From assembly GCA_030429445.1 (NCBI GenBank), contig JAUIFG010000003.1:9099-73098 (forward strand): DNA of 64,000 nucleotides. Direction: 5' to 3'. Position 1 is the stretch's first letter. Every line of letters starts with the position of its first letter. Of the stretch, positions 1 to 8,290 are shown piece after piece. The notes under the pieces are model-generated. The model was not told the origin of the DNA and ran no database searches. It worked only from the letters and a program-made list of their open reading frames with translations. Both the position numbers and the translations under genes were made by a program. Source of the stretch: a bacterium. GTDB taxonomy: Bacteria; Patescibacteriota; Saccharimonadia; Saccharimonadales; Saccharimonadaceae.

Positions 1-538
1 CATCATCTTGCCTGTACTGCTCTTGCAGGTAACATATGACTGGGTCGAGCTCTTGCCACACATTGCTATAGACAACAAACCCACCCGAACGTGAATTATT
101 ACGGTTAATAGGTGGCAGCTGGAAGAAATCACCCGACATAACAACCTGAATACCACCAAACGGCTCATCCGGCTCTTCGCGTACCAAGCGACATGCCATA
201 TCAACCATATCCAAACGATAATCATGAAGCATGCTAATCTCATCAATAATCAACACATCCGTCTTTTCGATAATATCTCGCCTGCCCTTGCTAACATGGT
301 CAGCAAACCCACTAGGCAACTCGTCCAATACACCAATACCTGCCCAAGAATGTATCGTTGTTCCGCCCAAATGAGTCGCAGCCAAGCCTGTCGTCGCGGT
401 TATTGATACGTGCTTGCCATCTGCCTTTGCGTAACGAATGAATTGATTCAACAGATGAGTTTTACCCGCTCCTGCCGGACCAGTTAACAAGACGCTCTCT
501 CCCGCCAACATAATTTCAAGTGCCAAAGCTTGATTCAT
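1..538 (-). CDS. PIF1/RecD-like SF1B DNA helicase, 5' part (runs off window start)
   Basis: Manual translation of the minus strand: MNQALALEIMLAGESVLLTGPAGAGKTHLLNQ...ITATTGLAATHLGGTTIHSWAGIG...LIIDEISML...GGIQVVMSGDFFQLPP, i.e. Walker A/B and PIF1 motifs; an alternative ATG lies at 541. Confidence 0.9.
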   Translation of the reverse strand, partial: MNQALALEIMLAGESVLLTGPAGAGKTHLLNQFIRYAKADGKHVSITATTGLAATHLGGTTIHSWAGIGVLDELPSGFADHVSKGRRDIIEKTDVLIIDEISMLHDYRLDMVDMACRLVREEPDEPFGGIQVVMSGDFFQLPPINRNNSRSGGFVVYSNVWQELDPVICYLQEQYRQDD

Positions 539-640
539 CATCTTATTATAACCTCTCGTGACATGCATGGAGGGTTATCTAATTGTTGTTATTACATTCT
601 TAACGATTATTACTGACTGCCACGCCTGTCTACTCGTACC

Positions 641-2224
641 CTAGTTCGGACCGACGCCGCTCGTTGGTGGCGAGGGAGGAGGTGGAGGTAACGTAGATTC
701 TGAATCTACAACCATCGCCTTCCTTCTTGATTTTCGTCTCATAATAATCACAATTGTTCCTAGCACGGCCATACCCGCAACAACAACACTGCCAATCAAT
801 AGCAATCCCCCACCTTGCCCCGCAGAGACAACCGTTTTTTGCTCATCCTCAGGATAAGTAATCGTGTTTGAACCATCAATTTTTGCCGTTGCATATATCC
901 AATCGTCAATATAGCGAGCATTGCCCCAAGAATTTGAATTATATTGCCAACCGTGAACGCCACCAGCACTCTCGAAGCATGCCCGACCATCAAGTTCTGA
1001 CGTTATCAATGCGCTATTTGCCAGGGGGCTCAGTTCGGTGTCATTCCAACACAAGCGGTTATTGGGTGCATTCGCACCGTTTACGCGAATTAATTCGAGC
1101 CCGTCTCTACCCTCTACATCGACAGCGACGAAATGGATCTCAGCCACCTTTGTAATCTCAACCTTGATTCCTATTTTTTGAGACGGAGCAATTATCCGTC
1201 CCTGCTTGTCAACGCCTTGAAAATACACTTTTTGCAAACTAGTTGATAGCTCCTTCATCTGCTTAAACAAAACTACGTCGTTCTGGCCATCAAAACCACC
1301 GTCATTATCAACATCTATTTTGACTTGATACTGACCGATGAAATTGCGCAAAAAGAAAGTTACATCACCCGATAGCTGATCCTCTGTGTCGTCGGCAGTA
1401 AAGTGAAGTTCACTTATCTCTGGCTTTTTTATTAATGGCCTCACCCACTCTTTTGACTCATCCGGCAGTATTGATTCTGCCGGCAAGCTACCAGAAGGTT
1501 CCTCAAAGAATAACTTATACCGATTCCCACACGAACCAAGCGCCGGTGACAGCGACTCATTATCTACAGGTGCGCTCTGATATGCCGATATACACTCTTT
1601 ATCCTTGCGCACCCCTATCGAATCCGCTGATAAGATAGATATCTGACCGTTGTAACCATGGTGAATTGCCCTATATATATAGCCATCTTCGCTGACATAG
1701 TGCGTTGTAAAATCACTGGTAAATTCACTACCTGGAGGTTGTCTAAACGCATATCTATCGCTCCATGCACGCCCCTTCTGTTCACCATCCGTACCAGTTA
1801 CCATTATTTTCCACGTATACAAATTCCTCACCCAAAGAACATCATCAGATGCCTCTTTGTGTGCCCTTGCCTTATCATCCGGATCAAAAACTATCGTCCA
1901 AATTCCAGATTTTGTCGCTGTTTGTGCCGAAAAAATACAACCGGAACCAACTGCAGCATCCTTCTTTAATACGCATTTTTTTTGTTTTGTATCTGGACCA
2001 TTCATGGTTACCGTCACGTCATCAGAAGGAAAAGCTTCCTGTATATGTTGAGACAATGTAAACTGTGCCGAGATTCGCTCGCCTGCTTTTACGTACACAA
2101 AGAACGTATTATCGGATCCGACAAAGTGACTCGGATGAGAAGAAATCGCACCTACTGTTTGCGTTGATGCAAACAGACTGATACTAAATACTAGAAAAAG
2201 GACTGATAAAACAAACCTATGCAT
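641..2224 (-). CDS. Hypothetical surface protein (signal peptide, C-terminal TM, basic stretch, Pro-rich tail)
   Basis: 527-aa ORF; hydrophobic N-terminus, C-terminal GLLLIGSVVVAGMAVLGTIVIIM-RRKSRRK, then a poly-Pro tail. Confidence 0.75.
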   Translation of the reverse strand: MHRFVLSVLFLVFSISLFASTQTVGAISSHPSHFVGSDNTFFVYVKAGERISAQFTLSQHIQEAFPSDDVTVTMNGPDTKQKKCVLKKDAAVGSGCIFSAQTATKSGIWTIVFDPDDKARAHKEASDDVLWVRNLYTWKIMVTGTDGEQKGRAWSDRYAFRQPPGSEFTSDFTTHYVSEDGYIYRAIHHGYNGQISILSADSIGVRKDKECISAYQSAPVDNESLSPALGSCGNRYKLFFEEPSGSLPAESILPDESKEWVRPLIKKPEISELHFTADDTEDQLSGDVTFFLRNFIGQYQVKIDVDNDGGFDGQNDVVLFKQMKELSTSLQKVYFQGVDKQGRIIAPSQKIGIKVEITKVAEIHFVAVDVEGRDGLELIRVNGANAPNNRLCWNDTELSPLANSALITSELDGRACFESAGGVHGWQYNSNSWGNARYIDDWIYATAKIDGSNTITYPEDEQKTVVSAGQGGGLLLIGSVVVAGMAVLGTIVIIMRRKSRRKAMVVDSESTLPPPPPSPPTSGVGPN

Positions 2225-2262
2225 ATACTAATAGCATAACCCTTATAGAGCGAAAAATAAAG

Positions 2263-2718
2263 CTACGACAACGAGATACTTACCGGACTTTCATCCAAAA
2301 AATTCACTTCGTCAAACAATTCAAGTTCACGAATCGCTATCTTGTACAGGTGATGTTTATTTTTACCAGCAACCATTCTTTCATACAGCCCCTTTGCCGT
2401 GTCACCATATTTCTCATTGTACTGTTCCAGTACTTCTTTTTGCTCATCATGATCAATAACTTTTGATGCCTCTCCTGAAAACTGGATACCAACAACGGGC
2501 AAATCTGCCTTGACTACAATCGCTCCACCTACAAGTGGATTTTTGACGATATCAAGACTATGCCGCCGTGTCGCTTCGCTCAGCCAGTAGACAAATCGTA
2601 AATCCCTTGATGCAACATAGTACAAGCTATTAGCGCGGGGTTGATCATCATGCAGAGTCGCCAACTGCATAACTTTACCCTCTTCCATGTAGCGTCCCGC
2701 TAGTTCTTTCGGATTCAT
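2263..2718 (-). CDS. Pyridoxamine 5'-phosphate oxidase-like FMN-binding protein (YhbP-like)
   Basis: VMQLAT...PRANSLYY...VYWLS..TRRHS..I..NP.V.GAI pattern. Confidence 0.8.
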   Translation of the reverse strand: MNPKELAGRYMEEGKVMQLATLHDDQPRANSLYYVASRDLRFVYWLSEATRRHSLDIVKNPLVGGAIVVKADLPVVGIQFSGEASKVIDHDEQKEVLEQYNEKYGDTAKGLYERMVAGKNKHHLYKIAIRELELFDEVNFLDESPVSISLS

Positions 2719-2722
2719 ATAC

Positions 2723-3163
2723 TCACTCGACCTTTTGTGGCGCCATCAGACCCATCTTGCGCGCCTTGTTTGCCCATTCGTCTGCCATTTCGTTACCTTC
2801 ATCACCCTCGTGGCCTCGTACCCAGATAAGTTCGGCCTTGGACTGTTGATGAAGAGGAAAAACATCCTGCACAATATCCAGGTTCTTTATTTCTCCACCC
2901 TTCTTTTTCCAGCCTTTTGCTTGCCAACCGAATGCCCACTTCGTAATAACGTTAATCCAAAATTCGCTATCTGTATATATCTGACACTCCTCACCGTCGG
3001 CGTCCTCTAGCGCAGCTTTGATCGCCAAACCCTCCATGCGAATATTTGTTGTTTCTTCTGCTGGCTCACCCCCAACAATGTGCGGCTTGCCATCACGAAT
3101 AACAGAAAATCCACCAGGACCTGGGTTTGGACTCGCACTCCCATCTGTATAATAAGTTATCAT
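2723..3163 (-). CDS. rnhA: Ribonuclease HI
   Basis: YTDGSASPNPGPGG, TTNIRMEG, IYTDSEF, WVRGH..DEGNEMAD; start set at MITYYTDG. Confidence 0.95.
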   Translation of the reverse strand: MITYYTDGSASPNPGPGGFSVIRDGKPHIVGGEPAEETTNIRMEGLAIKAALEDADGEECQIYTDSEFWINVITKWAFGWQAKGWKKKGGEIKNLDIVQDVFPLHQQSKAELIWVRGHEGDEGNEMADEWANKARKMGLMAPQKVE

Positions 3164-3220
3164 TTTACCAGTATACCAAGTTGTTTTTATATTATTTGGC
3201 AAAACTACTATAATACACAT

Positions 3221-4612
3221 ATGGAAAAGACAGGAAAGCGAAGGATTAAGCCTTCATCATTTTTTACTAACGAGCCACCCGAGCGCATAGTGGGCGTCGA
3301 GTGTGAGTACAATATACAAAATACTATTAGCGAAACTAAAAAACCTGACATTTCGGAATATATTTCACAGCAGGCAATGGAAAGTGCAGGAATTCAAAGT
3401 ATTCGAGGATACACTGATAATGGATACAGGATATATAGCGATATGGGACATGCAGAGTGTTGCACTCCAGAATGTCTAGGTCCTTATCAAGCAGCAGCCG
3501 CTGACCTGGCGGGTATTGCCATAATGTCATCAATCATTGAAGCTTCGGGTGTTGACCATAATGGAGTTTACAGAGTTAGTGGAACATGGCCTAGCGGTAA
3601 CACAAATACTACCAGCGGTCTTCATGAGAACTTCATGGCTCCTGCAAGTATTGCCTACAGCTTGTTATTAAAATCACTGCTACCTACATATTATGCTACT
3701 AGGCTTGGCACCATGGCTGGAACTATAGTAGATAATCAATTCAGATTTTCCCAAAAAATACACGGCATTGGAGGTGACCCACTGTCATGGAGAACAGATG
3801 GCCGCAGAACTGCACACAGCAATAAACCAATGGCTTTATTGCTAAGCAACGATATAGACACTATTGATTCAGGCTGGTTAAGGCTAGAAACCAGATTTGC
3901 AGACGGGCCCATTTCTCTAGAATCAAGACGCCACGCCCTTGCAACAACCTCATTGATACTCCGGATGATAGAAAATGAAGAATTATTCATGGGAGACAAA
4001 CCAAAAGACATAGGTAACTTTGACGATATAATTATTGTTCGCCCATTAGAGGCGGCACAGAAGTTTATGTCTGATTTGTCATTAAAATCAACCGTATTAG
4101 TAGAATCTGGCAAACGAATGACCATGCTTGATATACAAGAACAGCTTGCAAAAAATGTTTTGTACTTGTGTGATCGAGTGAATTTACCATCAGATGAAGT
4201 AACTGCTGCAAATAAGTGGCCAGAAATATATGACGCATTTAGACGAAGCAATCCATTAAAAGCAGAGTACGATAGATACTTGCTGTACGATTTTGGCGTA
4301 GCCTCTAAACATAGTTGGCTAACCCATAAAAAGGATGCTTTCACAAAGGGCGACCTTGAAGCAAAAACAAGATCTCTTCAGTGGGACAGAGTCATTCCAA
4401 GAGGTAACGCACTATCTCTATTAGAAAAAACCTGTGACGATCCACAAATTGAAGTACTTAAACGGTCTGCCCCCAATACTCGTGCAAAATTAAGATCAAA
4501 TTTTATCTCAAATAACGACTCAGCCGAAGACATAGGGTATCTAAATTGGAGATACGTAAAAAAGGACGGTATAGAAAGAAATTTCGGTGACGCATTTGGT
4601 ACTATAAACTAG
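3221..4612 (+). CDS. Divergent Pup ligase/deamidase family protein (PafA/Dop-like, glutamine synthetase/GCS fold)
   Basis: RIVGVECEY (GhExE), NGYRIYSDMGHAECCTPEC, SGLHENF, FSQK, RLETRFADGPIS...TTSLILRMIE, GKRMTMLDIQ, APNTRAKLRSNFI and LNWRYV are collinear with PafA motifs; TATAAT just upstream of ATG 3221; adjacent to pup. Confidence 0.85.
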   Translation: MEKTGKRRIKPSSFFTNEPPERIVGVECEYNIQNTISETKKPDISEYISQQAMESAGIQSIRGYTDNGYRIYSDMGHAECCTPECLGPYQAAAADLAGIAIMSSIIEASGVDHNGVYRVSGTWPSGNTNTTSGLHENFMAPASIAYSLLLKSLLPTYYATRLGTMAGTIVDNQFRFSQKIHGIGGDPLSWRTDGRRTAHSNKPMALLLSNDIDTIDSGWLRLETRFADGPISLESRRHALATTSLILRMIENEELFMGDKPKDIGNFDDIIIVRPLEAAQKFMSDLSLKSTVLVESGKRMTMLDIQEQLAKNVLYLCDRVNLPSDEVTAANKWPEIYDAFRRSNPLKAEYDRYLLYDFGVASKHSWLTHKKDAFTKGDLEAKTRSLQWDRVIPRGNALSLLEKTCDDPQIEVLKRSAPNTRAKLRSNFISNNDSAEDIGYLNWRYVKKDGIERNFGDAFGTIN

Positions 4613-4613
4613 G

Positions 4614-4823
4614 CTACTGACCTCCCTTTTGAATATAGCCTCTAACGAATTCTTCAGCATTCTCTTCTAGTACTTCATCAATCTCGTCTAATATTCCATC
4701 AGTGTCCTCGCTCAATTTCTCGCGACGCTCTTGACCTGCTGTAGCATCAGAAAATTCCTCACTAGCTTCATCCCTATCTTCGTATTTTTTGCGAAATTGT
4801 CCACCCGACTCTAAATTACCCAT
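4614..4823 (-). CDS. pup: Prokaryotic ubiquitin-like protein Pup (GGQ type)
   Basis: 69 aa, acidic; AGQERREKLSEDTDGILDEIDEVLEENAEEFVRGYIQKGGQ is the Pup signature; SD-like AGGGG upstream. Confidence 0.95.
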   Translation of the reverse strand: MGNLESGGQFRKKYEDRDEASEEFSDATAGQERREKLSEDTDGILDEIDEVLEENAEEFVRGYIQKGGQ

Positions 4824-4887
4824 TGATGCCCCTGTCTATTATTGTTTACATTTTACTATCGTTGGTTCCTCCGCACAAATTCGCCAA

Positions 4888-5607
4888 CTAATCCTCACCG
4901 ACTTCTCTATAGTGTTTTTTTAGATATCTTTGCATAGAATTCTTTCGCAACACACGAACGCCCTCATGTAATGGATTAGCGGCTCTAACTTCATCAGGAA
5001 AATCGTTCGTCTTTGCTGGAACATCAGCATTTAGTAAGTACTTTCTGATCATATTCTCTGCAATCCTCCTGAGCCCATCACTCAATTGACCGTTGTGCTG
5101 CTCTTGCGGAGGTACGAGTAGACTGTATACACCGGCACGATGTGCCGCTACAACATCAGTCAATATGCTGTCACCTACCATCAATATCCTCTCTTTTGGC
5201 AAGCGTTTTTTTCTGACAACATAATCAATCATCGCAAGAAGTGTGTGGCGTGCACGGATTACTGGACTCGGATCAACCTCAACCCGTAGGATCTCGGGGC
5301 AAACAATATCAATGTCTAACGCGCGTCTCCCTACCTCACTCTCCAGTTCATCCTGACGACGCTCGCCCTCTTCATTCAACATATACAAATCTAAGCCTAT
5401 TTGAGACATCTTCCGCATGTTTTCGCGAACCTTAACCTGATCAACTGTCTCACAATCAGAAATGAGAGCGACCCTCGAATCGAATAGAACAGTATCGAAA
5501 TCACCAAGTATTTGACCCTCTCCAAAATCAGCTGATGTTATCATTTCGACACTACTAGCAATGTATGTAGGCTGTAGCTGCTCAAAACATTGCTTCACAA
5601 CCCCCAT
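4888..5607 (-). CDS. HAD-superfamily (YqeG/IIIA-like) hydrolase, divergent
   Basis: ILMVGDSILTDVVAAHRAGVYSLLV (motif IV); motif I is degenerate (VLFDSR); strong SD AAGGAGGAG before ATG 5607. Confidence 0.65.
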   Translation of the reverse strand: MGVVKQCFEQLQPTYIASSVEMITSADFGEGQILGDFDTVLFDSRVALISDCETVDQVKVRENMRKMSQIGLDLYMLNEEGERRQDELESEVGRRALDIDIVCPEILRVEVDPSPVIRARHTLLAMIDYVVRKKRLPKERILMVGDSILTDVVAAHRAGVYSLLVPPQEQHNGQLSDGLRRIAENMIRKYLLNADVPAKTNDFPDEVRAANPLHEGVRVLRKNSMQRYLKKHYREVGED

Positions 5608-5654
5608 TATGCTCCTCCTTAAAATAGGTTTCAACCATAATTTGCAAAAATTAT

Positions 5655-6533
5655 TTAGAAATCGACTCGCGTATCCAAAACTCTTGTACCAAAACCTTTT
5701 AGCTCGAAATGATCGTCATACAGCTCACTGATTCCATACGCATTCGTAACTCCACTCAACATCCCCGGTAATGTAATATATAGCGCCTTTTCTCGAGTCA
5801 AACCATACGCGCCACCATGATTGTGTCCATTCAGAAAGACTCTTGTATTATCATGATTGTGTATAACTTCCATGATTTTGTCATTGTTGAGCGCACTAAG
5901 CGAATTGTGCGGAAATATCTGATGGTGCGCCATTGGAATAGCCCATTGACCGTCTTTTTCAGCATCAGTTAGCTCCTGATCAAACCATTCCAACTGTTGA
6001 TCGCTGAGACCTCCGTTCCATTCATGAGCATTAATTGCGCCCCTCCCTCGCATTCGATTTAAAAATATGTGTCCTGCCTTCCATTCGGGACTTCCGACAG
6101 GGTGTTCTAACGGACCAAGTTCATTTGTATCTAGCATAATCAAACGGCTTCTGCCTTTTTGTACAGAATAGTAGTTACTCGGCATGTTATAGAGTGACAA
6201 CAATCCTTGCATTGTTGCTCGCGGGTCTGTCCATTCATGATTGCCAAATAAGTGCAGTACTCGCACACCCACCCTGCCCAAAATACGATTGAGCCTGTGT
6301 GCCTCATCCATATCACGATCATAAAAATCACCCAGATGGACGACATAATCAAGGCGCTTTTCTTTTTTGTACGCTAAAAATGTATCGACGGCTTCTTCTA
6401 ATTTTTGCTCCGACATACGATAACAATTGCGGAAACGAGAGCCCGATGCGCCACGTATCACACCCTCCGTATCGTCAGCATCTGCGAACTGACAATCCGC
6501 AATGACGCCATAAGAGACCTCGGGTTTTTTCAT
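5655..6533 (-). CDS. Calcineurin-like metallophosphoesterase (ADP-ribose/CDP-alcohol diphosphatase-like)
   Basis: GVIADCQFAD, HLGDFYD, FGNHE, AHHQ, NGHNHGG motifs. Confidence 0.85.
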   Translation of the reverse strand: MKKPEVSYGVIADCQFADADDTEGVIRGASGSRFRNCYRMSEQKLEEAVDTFLAYKKEKRLDYVVHLGDFYDRDMDEAHRLNRILGRVGVRVLHLFGNHEWTDPRATMQGLLSLYNMPSNYYSVQKGRSRLIMLDTNELGPLEHPVGSPEWKAGHIFLNRMRGRGAINAHEWNGGLSDQQLEWFDQELTDAEKDGQWAIPMAHHQIFPHNSLSALNNDKIMEVIHNHDNTRVFLNGHNHGGAYGLTREKALYITLPGMLSGVTNAYGISELYDDHFELKGFGTRVLDTRVDF

Positions 6534-7087
6534 GCTATCAGTTTATCAGATTGTGCCTCTATGGTCTCTATCGAACGTGTGGGGCGAAAACGCAACCAAG
6601 TCTGCGGCGGAATATCAAACCTCACCACCGCTACAGCAAGCGACGCAAATGTTATCAAATCAGCTGTTGCACCCAAATACGATCCATTCAATATATTGTA
6701 AGTTAGCCAAAATGGCGCGATAGTTAGTGAGATCAATCGAATGTGCCGCGGATTTTTTTGCCACACTGCAACCGTCGCCAGTATCATACCAATGAGCGCC
6801 ATAATACTTGTCCAATCCTTCCATGTAACAAGCGTTGCGACTGCAAATGCAACTATAAATAGACCAAGTATCCATTCATGCTGACGAAACTTATCAAATG
6901 CGTAGCTCCGTAACGCACCTAGAAATACCAATCCAGAACCGGTAAATGCGCCCATAGCCATATAATGAGCCGCCCAGACAAGACATGACAAGATTTGAAC
7001 TCGTAGCATCCCCTGTCGATTGTTGACCTGAAACATCAAGACCAACAAAAAAACACCTACCAGTCCTAGCAGTTGACCAACAAGCAT
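6530..7087 (-). CDS. YgjV-family inner membrane protein
   Basis: Multi-TM; FQVNNR..ML, WAAHY..MGAFTG, PFWLTYNILNGSYLG; overlaps next gene by ATGA. Confidence 0.8.
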   Translation of the reverse strand: MLVGQLLGLVGVFLLVLMFQVNNRQGMLRVQILSCLVWAAHYMAMGAFTGSGLVFLGALRSYAFDKFRQHEWILGLFIVAFAVATLVTWKDWTSIMALIGMILATVAVWQKNPRHIRLISLTIAPFWLTYNILNGSYLGATADLITFASLAVAVVRFDIPPQTWLRFRPTRSIETIEAQSDKLIA

Positions 7088-7212
7088 TCTTTACCCTCGA
7101 TTCTCCGAATTGTCCCGCAAATGTGCGAGTTACAGCATCATAATACCACCTGATATATCCTTTTGAATACGCTAATTTTGATGATGTTTTCCACAGATAC
7201 TTTAAAAGATGT

Positions 7213-7248
7213 AAAAAGGCGCCGTACCCGAGGGTCGTACGCCTTTAT
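7213..7248. terminator. Probable intrinsic terminator downstream of the sortase gene
   Basis: Imperfect inverted repeat AAAGGCG..GTAC...GTACGCCTTT, with a T-run on the minus strand. Confidence 0.5.
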
Positions 7249-7266
7249 TACTACCTTGAAGGATGG

Positions 7267-7932
7267 TCACCGAGGCTCTGCACGAACAAGATATGCAACA
7301 ACAACAGTTCCTGCATTTTCCTTGCTATTGCACGTCACCAAGACAATTTTATCTGGCTCCTGCCCATAGACAAGCTCACTCGTTGGAATCTCTTCGTATT
7401 GAATCAGCCTAGGCTCAACTGCCTCATAGATAAACGTGCCGTTTTCAGTCTCAGCAATGATTGCATCTCCTTGACGAACGGCAGGCAGATCATTAAAGAC
7501 CTGCTGGCTAGTGTCATTCCAGTTGGAATGACCATAGACCAATACCGCATCACTTGATGGCACTGACGGCAAGGCACGAGCGCCATACCATGCAGCCTGA
7601 TTCATTACTGGAGGATCTATACAGACAGTGGCACCGTGACAATACGGCGACTCACGAGGCCATGTCTCGCCAGAAAATCCTACATCAATGCCAACGGATG
7701 GTATCCGTAAATTGACGAGAGCTTTCGGTTCGATGACAACAGATAATTCTTCTGCCGTCGCCTCACTCCGCTCCTTTGCATCCTGCAAGATTTGCGTCAA
7801 TTCATTTGAGGAATCAACGCGCTGAGGCAATGGCTCTGTTTGCCAGGAAGCAACCCACAATGCAACACTCACCATTAGACAAACAACAAACGCTAGACTA
7901 AAAAATAGTCGTAAGCTGAGAAGTTTCATCAT
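7267..7932 (-). CDS. Class F-like sortase
   Basis: N-terminal TM; LRIPSVGID, AAWY, VYGHSNW (catalytic His), VFNDLPAVRQGDAI, IVLVTC (catalytic Cys); SD AAGGAGA. Confidence 0.85.
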   Translation of the reverse strand: MMKLLSLRLFFSLAFVVCLMVSVALWVASWQTEPLPQRVDSSNELTQILQDAKERSEATAEELSVVIEPKALVNLRIPSVGIDVGFSGETWPRESPYCHGATVCIDPPVMNQAAWYGARALPSVPSSDAVLVYGHSNWNDTSQQVFNDLPAVRQGDAIIAETENGTFIYEAVEPRLIQYEEIPTSELVYGQEPDKIVLVTCNSKENAGTVVVAYLVRAEPR

Positions 7933-8009
7933 TCTCCTTCCGTAGCTGAAATGTGCAAGCCAAAAGCCTTAGTATATTATAACATATTTACATACTATTT
8001 ACAAAATAA

Positions 8010-8043
8010 AATAGCCTGGCGGTAATTGCACCGCCAGGCTATT
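8010..8043 (-). terminator. Intrinsic terminator
   Basis: Perfect inverted repeat AATAGCCTGGCGGT / ACCGCCAGGCTATT followed by a T-rich tract on the minus strand. Confidence 0.85.
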
Positions 8044-8070
8044 AACTTTTAAACTGGATGAGATTCCTTG

Positions 8071-8241
8071 CTAGGGCCGTTGATCAATGGTCCTGCGCCT
8101 TGATTTACGAACCATGTTCACCATCAAAGCAATGATAAACAAAGCTGCAACAACTAGCATCAAGTAGCTAGCGTACTGCATTGCAACGAAACCACCACCA
8201 CCGACAGTGACGCCTGTTCCGATGTGAGGACCATAAGGCAT
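8071..8241 (-). CDS. 56-aa small membrane peptide resembling a stand-alone cell-wall sorting signal (below ORF-track cutoff)
   Basis: Manual translation MPYGPHIGTGVTVGGGGFVAMQYASYLMLVVAALFIIALMVNMVRKSRRRTIDQRP*; SD AAGGAGGTG; terminator downstream. Confidence 0.85.
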   Translation of the reverse strand: MPYGPHIGTGVTVGGGGFVAMQYASYLMLVVAALFIIALMVNMVRKSRRRTIDQRP

Positions 8242-8290
8242 TTAACCACCTCCTTCTATACTTGCAGAAATTGCTCCGGGAGACTTACGA

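Noticed and set aside
3080..3220. N-terminal extensions of rnhA and the PafA-like ORF shown in the ORF track
   Set aside because: They overlap each other. The better starts are ATG 3163 (minus) and ATG 3221 (plus), flanking a short divergent promoter region.
3736..4344. 202-aa antisense ORF within the PafA-like gene
   Set aside because: Ser/Leu-rich shadow ORF with no motifs, opposite a motif-bearing gene.
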